A stretch of 41,723 bases of DNA from Candidatus Nezhaarchaeota archaeon WYZ-LMO8 (GCA_004347965.1 QNVF01000001.1:1-41723); one strand, 5' to 3'. Counted from the first letter of the stretch, positions 9,095 through 18,703 are shown. Made by a program: numbers and translations. Notes: generated by a model not told the origin, from the sequence alone.

Positions 9095-10030
9095 CTACAC
9101 TACCATGTATAAAATAGCTCGAGCCATGTGCAACTTGTTCTCGGACTGAATCCACACAATTGAGTGTTTTGGATCGTCGATGACTTCATCTGTAACCTCT
9201 TCTCCACGCTTGGCTGGGAGACAGTGCATGAAGACGTAGTCTTCTGGTGCTCTACTCACCAACTCCTTGTTTATCTGATATTTTGGAAGGAAACTTCTCA
9301 ACCTTTCCTCTCTCTCATGCTCAAATCCCATGCTCACGAACACATCTGTGTAGATGACGTCTGCATCTCTAACCGCAATCACAGGGTCTTCGATCACTTC
9401 TATCTTTGATCCACTACTCTCACAGTTCTTCATAACTAGTCTCCATACTTCATCTCTCGGCTTAAACTGAGGAGGACATGCTATCGTCATATCGAGTCCA
9501 AGCTTGCTACAACATACCATAAGGCTATGACAGGTGTTCACACCTCCATCACCAATAAAGGCAATCTTCAACCTCCTCCTACCCTTAACCTCAAACATGG
9601 TGAAGACATCAGTTAAAGCTTGAGTTGGATGATGTAAGTCACTAAGCCCATTAATCACTGGGATGTCGCAGTATTTAGCTAGCTCTTCCACCGTACTATG
9701 GCTCTTAACTCTTGCAACCACACAGTCAACCATTTTAGAGAAGACCCTAGCTGTATCAGATAGTGTTTCACCTCGAGCTAGTTGTAGATCTACTGTTGAA
9801 GCGTATATTGTGTGTGCCCCAAGACTAGCAGCTGCAACTTCAAAGGCTAACCTCGTCCTCGTGGACGGCTTCTCAAAAAACATTAGCACACTTTTCCCTT
9901 CAAGCTCCTTTCTACATCTCTTCCTCTCTATCCACTCTCTCTTCAGCTCAAAGCACTTGTCTATCAACGCTAATATTTCGCTTGATGAGAGCTCCTGTAA
10001 CGTCAATATATCGCGCCCATTAAGGTTCAT
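9095..10030 (-). CDS. argF: Ornithine carbamoyltransferase (start moved to ATG 10030)
   Basis: FEKPSTRTR, HPTQ, DVFVSMG, FMHCLP. A GGTGA SD (tcacc 10038-10042) precedes MNLNGRDIL. Confidence 0.93.
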   Translation of the reverse strand: MNLNGRDILTLQELSSSEILALIDKCFELKREWIERKRCRKELEGKSVLMFFEKPSTRTRLAFEVAAASLGAHTIYASTVDLQLARGETLSDTARVFSKMVDCVVARVKSHSTVEELAKYCDIPVINGLSDLHHPTQALTDVFTMFEVKGRRRLKIAFIGDGGVNTCHSLMVCCSKLGLDMTIACPPQFKPRDEVWRLVMKNCESSGSKIEVIEDPVIAVRDADVIYTDVFVSMGFEHEREERLRSFLPKYQINKELVSRAPEDYVFMHCLPAKRGEEVTDEVIDDPKHSIVWIQSENKLHMARAILYMVV

Positions 10031-10112
10031 GAGGAGATCACCATAAGTGAGAGTATCGAGAAACATTTTTGACTCAATGCTTAATAAGTAGTTCTGCACT
10101 TAATACTCACAT

Positions 10113-11126
10113 TTGAGGGTGTCGATCTTGGTTGATAGACTGGAGGAGCTTAAGGACTTTCTCTACGGTTTACTGGAAGCTAGAGATAAAATGAAGGACA
10201 TGTTTACGCAAACACCCTTGCCATCAGAGCTGAGGATTCCAATAAAGGGGACCATCGTTGTTAAGAGGGGCTTTGCTCAAATGCAGAAAGGCGGTGTATG
10301 CATGGACGTCACAAATGTGGAGCAAGCACAAATAGCTGAAGATGCTGGAGCCGTCTCGGTAATGGTGCTTGACAAGCTGCCATACGATGTGAGGAAGGCT
10401 GGTGGAGTAGCGAGGATGGCTGACATCAAGGTCATAGAGGAGGTAATGGCTCACATCACCATACCAGTCATGGCCAAGTGTAGGATAGGCCACTACATGG
10501 AGGCTAAGGTTCTTGAATACATAGGGGTAGACATGATCGATGAGAGTGAGGTTCTAACACCAGCTGACGATAAACACCACATAAACAAGTGGCTCTTCAA
10601 AACCCCCTTCGTAAACGGTGCGAGGAACCTAGGAGAAGCATTGAGGAGGATATATGAGGGAGCATCGATGATAAGGACCAAAGGTGAAGCTGGTACGGGC
10701 AACGTCTCTGAAGCAGTGAAGCACATGAAGCAGATAATGGGGGAGATAAGAGCCTTAAGAGCCATGAACGACGAGGAGATACTAGAGACGGCTAGAAAGT
10801 ATAACGTGCCCTACGAACTGGTGAAGGAAACTGCGAGACTGGGTAGGCTTCTAGTAGTAAACTTTGCTGCTGGAGGAATAGCCACTCCAGCCGATGCAGC
10901 TCTCATGATGCTCTTGGGGGCTGATGGAGTCTTCGTTGGCTCAGGAATATTCAAGTCATCAGATCCTGAAGCTAGAGCTCAAGCAATTGTTCTAGCAACA
11001 AGCTACTGGGATGACCCTGAAATAATTGTGGAGGCTTGTAGGATGGTGTCTGAGAAGAGCTCGATGATTGGAATAGACATCAAAAGCTTAAAGCCTGAAG
11101 AGCTACTTCAGGTGAGAGGCGAATAG
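10113..11126 (+). CDS. pdxS: Pyridoxal 5'-phosphate synthase lyase subunit, with N-terminal extension
   Basis: [59 protein letters not shown]. Confidence 0.97.
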   Translation: MRVSILVDRLEELKDFLYGLLEARDKMKDMFTQTPLPSELRIPIKGTIVVKRGFAQMQKGGVCMDVTNVEQAQIAEDAGAVSVMVLDKLPYDVRKAGGVARMADIKVIEEVMAHITIPVMAKCRIGHYMEAKVLEYIGVDMIDESEVLTPADDKHHINKWLFKTPFVNGARNLGEALRRIYEGASMIRTKGEAGTGNVSEAVKHMKQIMGEIRALRAMNDEEILETARKYNVPYELVKETARLGRLLVVNFAAGGIATPADAALMMLLGADGVFVGSGIFKSSDPEARAQAIVLATSYWDDPEIIVEACRMVSEKSSMIGIDIKSLKPEELLQVRGE

Positions 11127-11127
11127 A

Positions 11128-11736
11128 GTGCTTAAGCTAGGTGTCCTAGCAATTCAGGGAGCTGTCTCAGAGCACGTAGAGACATTAAAGCTAGCATTAT
11201 CTAGGCTAAGTTTAAGTGGAAGCATAGAGTTGGTCAAAAGACCAAGCGACGTGGAGAAGATTCAAGGAATAGTGGTACCTGGGGGAGAAAGCACAGTCAT
11301 AGGTAGGATAGCCGAGAGAATGGGTTTGCTCAAAGTTCTGAGAGATAAAATAGAGAACGGATTAACAGTATTTGGTACATGCGCTGGAGCAATATTGCTA
11401 GCTAAGGAAGTTTACGACGCGAAAATCGGCAAAGTCGATCAACCACTAATAGGAACCATGGACATAAAGATTGTGAGAAACTACTACGGCAGACAGAAGG
11501 AGTCATTCGAAGTCGACATCCTCATTCCAGTCGTGGGCAGCAAGCCTTTCCGAGGAGTCTTCATAAGAGCTCCAGCAATAGAATCCGTAGGCAGCAAAGT
11601 CAAAGTCCTAGCCACCTATGAAGGTTTACCAGTTCTTGTGCAACAGGACAAAATGCTAGCAGCAACTTTTCACCCAGAGCTTACTAACGACACAAGAATT
11701 CACGAGCTCTTCATAAAGAACGTTTTAGATCGATAG
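11128..11736 (+). CDS. pdxT: PLP synthase glutaminase subunit
   Basis: GVLAIQG, PGGEST, GTCAG, RNYYGRQ, FIRAP, FHPEL. Confidence 0.97.
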   Translation: MLKLGVLAIQGAVSEHVETLKLALSRLSLSGSIELVKRPSDVEKIQGIVVPGGESTVIGRIAERMGLLKVLRDKIENGLTVFGTCAGAILLAKEVYDAKIGKVDQPLIGTMDIKIVRNYYGRQKESFEVDILIPVVGSKPFRGVFIRAPAIESVGSKVKVLATYEGLPVLVQQDKMLAATFHPELTNDTRIHELFIKNVLDR

Positions 11737-12439
11737 AGGGGAAGTTGCTCGCCTTTATTGAATGTTTTAAACTTATTTCACGTTTATCGTAGAACATCAC
11801 AGCGTACTTGTTACTTCGCTTATATCACTGGTGTTAGCTTCAGCGTCAAGTACGTGGGTCTTCGTTCTTAGCTTAACAATATTAACTGTTGACATGTCTT
11901 GTGAATTTTGAAATCACATACTGCAATCCTACATTTTATGATCTCAAAATAGTATTGCGATATCTATCTCCATTTCATGAATATAAATTGACGGCAGCTC
12001 AATGAAGAGGTAATAAACTTGCAGCTCAGAAGGCGTGCCTGAGCCATTTCGTTGACTGTGGCTGTCTTTTCATGTCTCCGACATTAATTTAAGTCTCATG
12101 CTTAAACCATTATGGCTGAACTAAGAGTACAACGTCTTTCTTGGACCTTGCAATGTAGAGACTCGTCCTACTTCTTCCGACCTACAAACAGATAGTAAAA
12201 TAGCTTAAAAGCCTTGTTTTATGATCTTAAGCGAACCTTTAGGACTAACCTCATTGAACTTGTAGTAAGACCCAAGATTCCCAAAGTAAAAACGATGGTA
12301 GTCAAGTAAGACTTAGCTGTAGGACTACTAATTAGTGGTAAACATCTTCATCCTCAAGCGAGTAAGCATACTTAGCCCTCAACTCTCACTAATTGAAGTG
12401 AGATGATGTTCCTTATCTAAGTTTTCACTTAAAATTTAG

Positions 12440-12513
12440 TGGACCGGGCGGGACTTGAACCCGCGACCTCCCGCTTGCAAAGCGGGCGATCCACCAGGCT
12501 GATCTACCGGCCC
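12440..12513 (-). tRNA. tRNA-Ala(TGC), intronless, CCA not fully encoded
   Basis: Acceptor GGGCCGG/CCGGTCC with the G3:U70 identity pair and A73; anticodon arm CCCGC-TT TGC AA-GCGGG. Confidence 0.96.
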
Positions 12514-12524
12514 ACAACGTTGAA

Positions 12525-12628
12525 GGCCGAGGGCGGGACTTGAACCCGCGATCTCCGGCTCCTTACCCCCATCGGCCTGTGCCGAATGGTACAGGCCGGC
12601 GCGTTAGCCAATCTACGCCACCTCGGCC
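12525..12628 (-). tRNA. tRNA-His(GTG) with genomic G-1 and a 28-nt intron inside the anticodon (35/36; 12563-12590)
   Basis: G-1, GCCGAGG/CCTCGGC and C73 are His identity elements. Removing ACCATTCGGCACAGGCCGATGGGGGTAA gives CCGGC-CT GTG GA-GCCGG. Splice motif GCCT GT|A ... GGGT AA|G. Confidence 0.85.
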
Positions 12629-12660
12629 CCTTCCAGTTATCGCATCAAATAACTTTGCTC

Positions 12661-13383
12661 TTAAACATTTCCTCTATTGAGGTCGTACAAGCCTAGTTTG
12701 AACTCAAGGGACCTTATCAATATGGAGGTTGCCACAAAGCCCTCAAGAACCTCATCGTAAATTGATACCACCTCATCAGCCATGTTTATCACCTCATCAC
12801 TAAAATCTCCATGAGGAAAAGCTCCAATCATTACAGCAACTCTCCCACTCTCCTTCAAGATTCTTTCTGCTAGGTCCATGGGGGTCATCCTATTACCCTT
12901 CTCAGATAAAAGGATTTTTCTTGAAGGCTTGAAGTCCTCAACTACCTTATCCAATCCTCTCCCCAAGATCTCGAGCAGTACTTCGCCCTCTATCGGGACC
13001 TTACCAAAAACGAGTAGTTGCTCCATCAAGCCCACAAACCTATTATAGTTCTTAGGTAGCCTAACATCGCTTCGCGCCTTAATGACCTGTCTATCTATGG
13101 TGTGAAGGTAGAGCTGCACATAGCCCTTACCGCAAAGAGGAGACTCCAACACTTCAATCATACACAAGTACACAATATCCGGTCTCCCCCTCTTCTCCTG
13201 AAACGGTAGCCCCCTCATCGCATGATAGTGAAGAGACTTATCTAACAAGATAGTTAAAGGGCTCTTTCCTCGTCTTTTAGCAGTTTTTACCACTGCTGGA
13301 TGCTTAGCTATCTCTCGCGGTATAAGCTCGAGTGATGCATCCACTAAGACCATGGCTATTCTCTGCTTCTCCATACTCACCAC
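12661..13383 (-). CDS. nep1: 16S rRNA pseudouridine N1-methyltransferase Nep1/Emg1 (SPOUT)
   Basis: LLDKSLHYHAM, KRGRPDI, RLPKNYNRFVGLMEQLL, IGAFPHGDF. Confidence 0.95.
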   Translation of the reverse strand: MVSMEKQRIAMVLVDASLELIPREIAKHPAVVKTAKRRGKSPLTILLDKSLHYHAMRGLPFQEKRGRPDIVYLCMIEVLESPLCGKGYVQLYLHTIDRQVIKARSDVRLPKNYNRFVGLMEQLLVFGKVPIEGEVLLEILGRGLDKVVEDFKPSRKILLSEKGNRMTPMDLAERILKESGRVAVMIGAFPHGDFSDEVINMADEVVSIYDEVLEGFVATSILIRSLEFKLGLYDLNRGNV

Positions 13384-13469
13384 ACCTAACGTACAAACAC
13401 ATAAGTCAAGCTACTCAATTAAAAGGGCATTTTAATACTATCCTCCCTCACATAATTTAACAGACAGTA

Positions 13470-13808
13470 ATGCTCTGCAAGAAGCAGAGGATCAAGGTAA
13501 AGACCATTGCCATTGAGAGAATAAAGAGACTCTTCGAGATGGCTGACTACATGTTTCACATAAACTCAGAGTTATCTCACAGATACGTTGAGTTAGCTAG
13601 AAGGATAGCTATGAGGTGTAAAGTAAGGATACCAAGAGAATTGAGGAGGAAGTTCTGCCATCGCTGCTACAGGTTCTTAAGACCGGGGGTTAATTGCAGA
13701 GTCAGACTGGTTAAGAGGAGAGAGCCACATATAGCGATAACATGTCTTGAATGTGGTAATGTCATGAGACTAAACTTGGAGGGTCTGAAACGTGAAGGAG
13801 AGCGTTAA
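13470..13808 (+). CDS. rnp4: Ribonuclease P protein component 4 (Rpp21)
   Basis: IAIERIKRLF, RYVELARRIAMR, zinc ribbon CHRC...CLEC. Confidence 0.95.
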   Translation: MLCKKQRIKVKTIAIERIKRLFEMADYMFHINSELSHRYVELARRIAMRCKVRIPRELRRKFCHRCYRFLRPGVNCRVRLVKRREPHIAITCLECGNVMRLNLEGLKREGER

Positions 13809-14079
13809 GAAGAAACTTAAAGAAAAGATGATGGAGAGAGCTGATGTAAACATAGGTAAGCAAGGCTTAGCGGGCTCTGTTTTAAAGGAGATTGATAGGA
13901 GACTTAAGGATGGCGAGGTGGTGAAGGTTAGAATACTTAAATCTGCATTAGTAGCTGAAGGGATTGAAGATAGAAAGAAGCTCGCAGAGAGCTTAGCTGA
14001 GAAGCTAAATGTTGATGCGATGGAGATTAGGGGGTATACGGTCGTTCTCTATAGAAAGTGTGGAAGGAGAACAGTTTAA
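13792..14079 (+). CDS. yhbY: YhbY/CRM-domain RNA-binding protein
   Basis: VNIGKQGL, EVVKVRILKS, IRGYTVVLYR; conserved position between rnp4 and rps19e. Confidence 0.9.
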   Translation: MKESVKKKLKEKMMERADVNIGKQGLAGSVLKEIDRRLKDGEVVKVRILKSALVAEGIEDRKKLAESLAEKLNVDAMEIRGYTVVLYRKCGRRTV

Positions 14080-14129
14080 TAAGGCACCTCAGTAATCCTT
14101 TACGATTACAAGAGGAAGAGAAGAGTTGA

Positions 14130-14600
14130 GTGAGCATGTCTGAAGTGTTGAAGGTTCCTCCAGTGCTGCTAATAGAGGAGTTAGCAGCCTACTTAAGAGA
14201 GAATCTATCTGATGTCATAAAGCCCCCTCCATGGGCCTTCATAGTTAAAACCGGACCAGGCAAGGAGAGACCACCTACAAGGAAGGATTGGTGGTATGTT
14301 AGGAGTGCAGCGATACTTAGAAAGCTCTACTTGTATGGTCCCGTTGGCGTTGGCAGCTTAAGGACAGCATTCGGGTCAAGACAGAGACCAGGTGTGAGAG
14401 GTAGAGAACACTTTAGGAAGGCTGGTGGCGCGATAATAAGGAAGATACTTCAACAATTGGAGCAAGCAGGATTAGTGGAGAAGTCCGGTAATAGAGGGCG
14501 GGTCTTGACCCCTAAAGGTAAGTCCCTCCTCGATAGGATTGCTCACAAGACCTTTAGGGAACTTCAGAAAAATATGCCAGAGCTAAGAAAGTATGCTTAG
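14130..14600 (+). CDS. rps19e: 30S ribosomal protein eS19
   Basis: PPWAFIVKTG, DWWYVRSAAILRKLY, IIRKILQQLE, GRVLTPKG. Confidence 0.97.
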   Translation: MSMSEVLKVPPVLLIEELAAYLRENLSDVIKPPPWAFIVKTGPGKERPPTRKDWWYVRSAAILRKLYLYGPVGVGSLRTAFGSRQRPGVRGREHFRKAGGAIIRKILQQLEQAGLVEKSGNRGRVLTPKGKSLLDRIAHKTFRELQKNMPELRKYA

Positions 14601-14957
14601 GTGGTTCTAGTGTCAGCAATCGATGAAATCTCGGACAAAGAACTTGAGGAGATAAGGCAGAGAAAGCTTGCTGAGCTTCAGAAGAAGATAGCAATGGCTG
14701 AGGAGCAAGAGAGACTTAGGAGAGAGTATGAAGCGAGGAAGCAAGCAGTATTAAGAGCTATCCTGACGCCTGAGGCTAGAATGAGACTATCGAACATAAA
14801 GATGGTGAGACCGGACTTTGCAGAGCAGCTTGAAGCCCAATTAATCCAATTAGCTCAAAGTGGCAGGATACCAGTTCCAATAACTGATGAACAGCTAAAG
14901 AAGATACTTGAGAGCCTTCAACCTCCTCGAAGGGAGATAAAGATTAGGAGGGTTTAG
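14601..14957 (+). CDS. PDCD5-family double-stranded DNA-binding protein
   Basis: [44 protein letters not shown]. Confidence 0.93.
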   Translation: MVLVSAIDEISDKELEEIRQRKLAELQKKIAMAEEQERLRREYEARKQAVLRAILTPEARMRLSNIKMVRPDFAEQLEAQLIQLAQSGRIPVPITDEQLKKILESLQPPRREIKIRRV

Positions 14958-14958
14958 T

Positions 14959-15114
14959 ATGGCAAGGTACAAGCACGTAGCGAGAAAGAAGAGATTGGCG
15001 AAGGCCTTTAAGCAGAATAGTGCTGTCCCTGTCTGGGTTGTTGCTAAGACTAACAGGAAGTTTAGGTCTCATCCAAAGCTCAGGTACTGGAGGAGGGTTA
15101 AGCTTAAGGTATGA
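14959..15114 (+). CDS. rpl39e: 50S ribosomal protein eL39 (51 aa; absent from the ORF track)
   Basis: Hand translation: [51 protein letters not shown]; expected position before rpl31e. Confidence 0.96.
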   Translation: MARYKHVARKKRLAKAFKQNSAVPVWVVAKTNRKFRSHPKLRYWRRVKLKV

Positions 15115-15117
15115 TAG

Positions 15118-15396
15118 GTGAGCTTCGTGTCTGAAGAAGCATCTGAAGTAGAAATCGAGAGACAGTACACAATACCACTAAGGGTTGTTCTAGGAACTCC
15201 AAGGTGGAAGAGAGCTGCTAGAGCTATTAGATTTGTGAGAGCCTTCGTATCTAGACACATGAAGTCAGATAACGTGAAGCTTGACCCCAAGGTCTCTGAG
15301 TTCATATGGAGTAGGGGGGCTAAGAAGCCTCCTAAGAGAATTAAGGTTAAGGTAGTAAGGTATAAAGACGGTTTAGTTAAAGTGGAACTCGCATGA
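15118..15396 (+). CDS. rpl31e: 50S ribosomal protein eL31
   Basis: ERQYTIPLR, KRAARAIRFVRAFVSRHMK, IWSRGAKKPP. Confidence 0.96.
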   Translation: MSFVSEEASEVEIERQYTIPLRVVLGTPRWKRAARAIRFVRAFVSRHMKSDNVKLDPKVSEFIWSRGAKKPPKRIKVKVVRYKDGLVKVELA

Positions 15397-15408
15397 GGGA
15401 GCTTTGGA

Positions 15409-16074
15409 TTGCCCATAGAGCTAGCGACGATATATGGAAGTGAGTATGTAGGGGCCTTCTCTCTTGCAACTGACAAATACGTGTTAATACCAAAGGATGC
15501 TGATGAAAAGTTTAGGAAGATTGTTGAGGATAATCTTAAGGTGCCAGCTTATAGAGTAAGTATAGGTGCATCACCACTAATAGGAATATTGGCTGTAGGA
15601 AACTCTCACGGTTTACTACTTCCATTCATAACTTTGACTGAAGAGTTCGACTTCTTAAAGAGGGAGCTTGGAGTTGAGATGTCCATCCTACCTTCAGTTA
15701 AGACAGCTCTTGGAAACATGATATTAGTGAACGATAAGGCAGCAATAGTTCATGAAGATTTCACAAAGAGTGAGATGAAGATTATTGAAGATGTACTTGA
15801 TGTTGAGGTCGTTAAGGGAAGCCTGGGGGGAATAAAGCTAGTGGGCTCGGTTGCCGTCGCCAACAATAAGGGGGCACTTATACACCCCATGACATCCGAT
15901 GAAGAGGCAAAGTGGGTGTCTGAGGTGCTAGGAGTTAGAGTCGACGTTGGAACGGTAATGATGGGCTCGTATCTATTGAGAGTAGCAATGGTTTTAAATT
16001 CTAAAGGTGCAATTATAGCACCTAGTACTACCGGTCCTGAGATTGCAAGGATTGAGCAGGTATTACTCTTATAG
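15409..16074 (+). CDS. eif6: Translation initiation factor 6 (aIF6)
   Basis: GNSHGLLLP, ALGNMILVNDK, VGSVAVANNKGALIHP, TTGPEIARIE. Confidence 0.95.
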   Translation: MPIELATIYGSEYVGAFSLATDKYVLIPKDADEKFRKIVEDNLKVPAYRVSIGASPLIGILAVGNSHGLLLPFITLTEEFDFLKRELGVEMSILPSVKTALGNMILVNDKAAIVHEDFTKSEMKIIEDVLDVEVVKGSLGGIKLVGSVAVANNKGALIHPMTSDEEAKWVSEVLGVRVDVGTVMMGSYLLRVAMVLNSKGAIIAPSTTGPEIARIEQVLLL

Positions 16075-16287
16075 GTGATGTGCATGGCCGTCAAAACATT
16101 TGAACTAAGAGGTAGGATGAGGATAAAGAATCGATGGACAAAGTTCACCATGACAGTAAAGGCGTTGAAGCCGGAGCACGCTTTTGAGAAAGTTTACTCA
16201 TTATTGGGTAGTAGGCATAAGCTTAAGAGGTTCGACATAAAAATTGAGGAGGTAAAGGAGTTGGTTGAAGTTGGAAAAGAGCAGTAG
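16075..16287 (+). CDS. rpl18ae: 50S ribosomal protein L18Ae/LX (eL20)
   Basis: EKVYSLLGSRHKLKRFDIKIEEV; conserved position. Confidence 0.93.
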   Translation: MMCMAVKTFELRGRMRIKNRWTKFTMTVKALKPEHAFEKVYSLLGSRHKLKRFDIKIEEVKELVEVGKEQ

Positions 16288-16714
16288 CACTAGATATTCA
16301 CGAGAAGATGTAAGTAGAGTAGTTACAGAGTGGCAGTATCTCCAAAGCTTAGCTGAAGTACTTAAGCAGAGAATTGACTTAGCATTAGCAGCAATAAATG
16401 AAATGGAGGGCACGATACAGGCCATTGATGAGCTTAGCAAAGTAGTAGGAGAGACGGAGGTTCTCTTTATGCTTGGCGCGAACGCTTACGCTAAAGGTAG
16501 GATAGTCGATACCAAGAAGATACTCGTCAACGTAGGTGCGAATATTCTCGTCGAAAAAAGCCTAGAGGATGCCAAAAAGTTCTTCGAATCTAGAATAGAT
16601 ACTTTAAGGAGAGTGGTTGCTGAAACGCAGCAGCAACTAGCCAGTGTCACGGCTAGGATTTCAAAGCTTGAACCGGAGCTTAGGAAGATAGCTGAAAGTC
16701 AAGCCGGAGGTTAA
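16265..16714 (+). CDS. pfdA: Prefoldin alpha subunit
   Basis: Coiled coils flanking two hairpins (LGANAY, VNVGANILVEKSLEDA). Confidence 0.93.
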   Translation: MKLEKSSSTRYSREDVSRVVTEWQYLQSLAEVLKQRIDLALAAINEMEGTIQAIDELSKVVGETEVLFMLGANAYAKGRIVDTKKILVNVGANILVEKSLEDAKKFFESRIDTLRRVVAETQQQLASVTARISKLEPELRKIAESQAGG

Positions 16715-16721
16715 AAACTAG

Positions 16722-17633
16722 TTGTTAACGTTCTTAAAGAATAAGTTAAAGTCTCTCTTTCAAGAAATAGCAACAAAAGAACTTGACGAAGAGAGCTTAT
16801 CAAGTGTATCTGAAAGACTACGCTTAGCATTGATTGAAAGCGATGTAGCTCTTCCAGTTGCTTTTGAAATAGTCGACAATGTTGTATCATCACTCAAAGG
16901 AGTGAGGATAGGAAGAACTGAAGGTGTCTATCAAGTGGTATTGAGAAGTCTTCGAGAAACGTTGTACAAGATGCTATCGTCTATACAGCAAGTAGACTTA
17001 GTGTCAGAGGCCATGAAGAGGAGAAAAGAAGGGAGAATCTTCACCGTGATGTTCGTAGGACCTAATGGACATGGTAAGACCCTAACTGTAGCGAAGATCG
17101 CAAACCTGTTATTGAAGAATAACCTTTCAGTAGTGCTAGCTTGTAGTGATACTTTTAGAGCTGGTGCTGAAGAGCAGCTTGAAGTTCATGCAACCAGACT
17201 CGGCGTGAAGCTCATAAGGCACAGGTATGGTGCTGACCCAGCTGCTGTTGCTTATGATGCTGTTATACACGCTCTGGCTAGAGGTGTGACTTGTGTACTA
17301 ATAGATACTGCGGGGCGTCTCCAAACTGATAAAGGCTTAATGGATGAGCTTAGGAAGATAGCACGTGTTGCCAAGCCCGACCTTAAAGTGCTAGTGGTTG
17401 ATGCACTTACAGGTAATGACGCTTACGACATGGCCATAAAGTTTAATGAAGCCATAGGAATTGATGCTACAGTTCTTACTAAAGTTGATGCAGATGTCAA
17501 GGGGGGAGCTGCAATATCCATAAGTGTAGCTACGCGTAAGCCCATAATCTACTTTGGTACTGGGCAAGGATACGATGACTTAAAACCCTTTGATGCTCAA
17601 TGGCTTTTAGACAGAATACTTCCACTCGACTAA
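16722..17633 (+). CDS. ftsY: SRP receptor FtsY (NG domain only)
   Basis: LIESDVA, GPNGHGKT, DTFRAGA, DTAGR, TKVDAD, GTGQGYDDL. Confidence 0.96.
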   Translation: MLTFLKNKLKSLFQEIATKELDEESLSSVSERLRLALIESDVALPVAFEIVDNVVSSLKGVRIGRTEGVYQVVLRSLRETLYKMLSSIQQVDLVSEAMKRRKEGRIFTVMFVGPNGHGKTLTVAKIANLLLKNNLSVVLACSDTFRAGAEEQLEVHATRLGVKLIRHRYGADPAAVAYDAVIHALARGVTCVLIDTAGRLQTDKGLMDELRKIARVAKPDLKVLVVDALTGNDAYDMAIKFNEAIGIDATVLTKVDADVKGGAAISISVATRKPIIYFGTGQGYDDLKPFDAQWLLDRILPLD

Positions 17634-18703
17634 GCGGTAAAGAACTTGTTTTTCAGTCCTATACCCTTGCACACTATAACCTTGGCTTTATCCTCCCTAA
17701 TTTCAAACGATACTTCAGGCATGAGCTTCTTACTAAGCTCAATGCATGTTAGAGTGTGCATGGAGAGCTCTCTCACCTTAATTATGGATTCGCCCTCAGC
17801 TAAAGTCATGTACACTATCAATTGATCAGCCATGTGTCTATCAACAGTAGCTCTAACCTCTATCTCCTCTAAGAGCCTTACTGCTGCTTCCTCACCAACC
17901 TTCTCAGCTGGCTTCCCCACTTCTCCGAGACTATCTGAACCTAAAATGGCTCCTCCTGAAGTCTCAGCCCATAACACTATGCCACAACCAGGATTCAAAG
18001 CACACTTGGGATGTCCAGGCTGTAAGATTTCAAGTTCTATCTCAACTTCAAATCCAGCTTTCTTCAGAGCTCTTAAAGCACTATCAGCCATTCTCTTAGC
18101 TATGTGATCTGGCAACCTTGAGCTATAGGAGACCCCCCTGATGACCTTCACTTCCCCTATGTCCTCTAGCCTTATGGGCTTAAGCTTCGCAACCGGTGTT
18201 ATTGAGACTCTTACTATTCCTCCACCTTTGGGGTAAAAACCCCTCCTCAATACATTTATATCAAAGTTATAGCCCATCTTGGCTATGGTAGGTCTTAGGA
18301 CGTGGAGAACGTAGTCTACTGGTGGTGCTAGAGGGTTGTTGGTACCGCCAATTATCTCTGCATTGACTCTTGAAGGTGCAAAGGCTGCTGCTGGTAATAG
18401 GCTTTGAAGTACAAGGGTTGTGGATCCTGCCGTCCCTACGTCAAATCTAAAGCTTCCTCCTCTAATGCTTTTAGGCTTAAACGTCAGCTCTCTTGACCCT
18501 AGCGCTAGTCCCTTAACCTCTGCATCTACAAGAGCTGCAACAGCCTTTATAGCCGTCACATGCTGAGCTTTGAGTCCAGGTTCCTTCCTCTTAGCTCTTA
18601 TATTGAAGACTCTTACGGGTATACCCGTTGCAGCTGAAAGAGCTACAGACATTCTAAGTATTTGACCTCCACCTTCTAGCATGCTACCATCAATTTCTAC
18701 CAC
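17630..18703 (-). CDS. rtcA: RNA 3'-terminal phosphate cyclase
   Basis: IDGSMLEGGGQILR, PGLKAQH, RRGFYPKGGG, DRHMADQL. Confidence 0.96.
   Translation of the reverse strand: MVEIDGSMLEGGGQILRMSVALSAATGIPVRVFNIRAKRKEPGLKAQHVTAIKAVAALVDAEVKGLALGSRELTFKPKSIRGGSFRFDVGTAGSTTLVLQSLLPAAAFAPSRVNAEIIGGTNNPLAPPVDYVLHVLRPTIAKMGYNFDINVLRRGFYPKGGGIVRVSITPVAKLKPIRLEDIGEVKVIRGVSYSSRLPDHIAKRMADSALRALKKAGFEVEIELEILQPGHPKCALNPGCGIVLWAETSGGAILGSDSLGEVGKPAEKVGEEAAVRLLEEIEVRATVDRHMADQLIVYMTLAEGESIIKVRELSMHTLTCIELSKKLMPEVSFEIREDKAKVIVCKGIGLKNKFFTA

Noticed and set aside
10031-10099. Longer argF start from the ORF track
   Set aside because: It would fill the divergent argF/pdxS promoter region; the SD supports ATG 10030.
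10841-10865. PdxS RLLVVNF instead of the usual RLPVVNF
   Set aside because: A single non-catalytic substitution; all other motifs are intact.
12002-12042. C/D box sRNA (ATGAAGA ... CTGA)
   Set aside because: Too short, with no recognisable D'/C' boxes or terminal stem.
12525-12628. tRNA-Tyr(GTA) with a canonical 37/38 intron
   Set aside because: No splice helix forms at 37/38, and the acceptor stem and discriminator are His-type.
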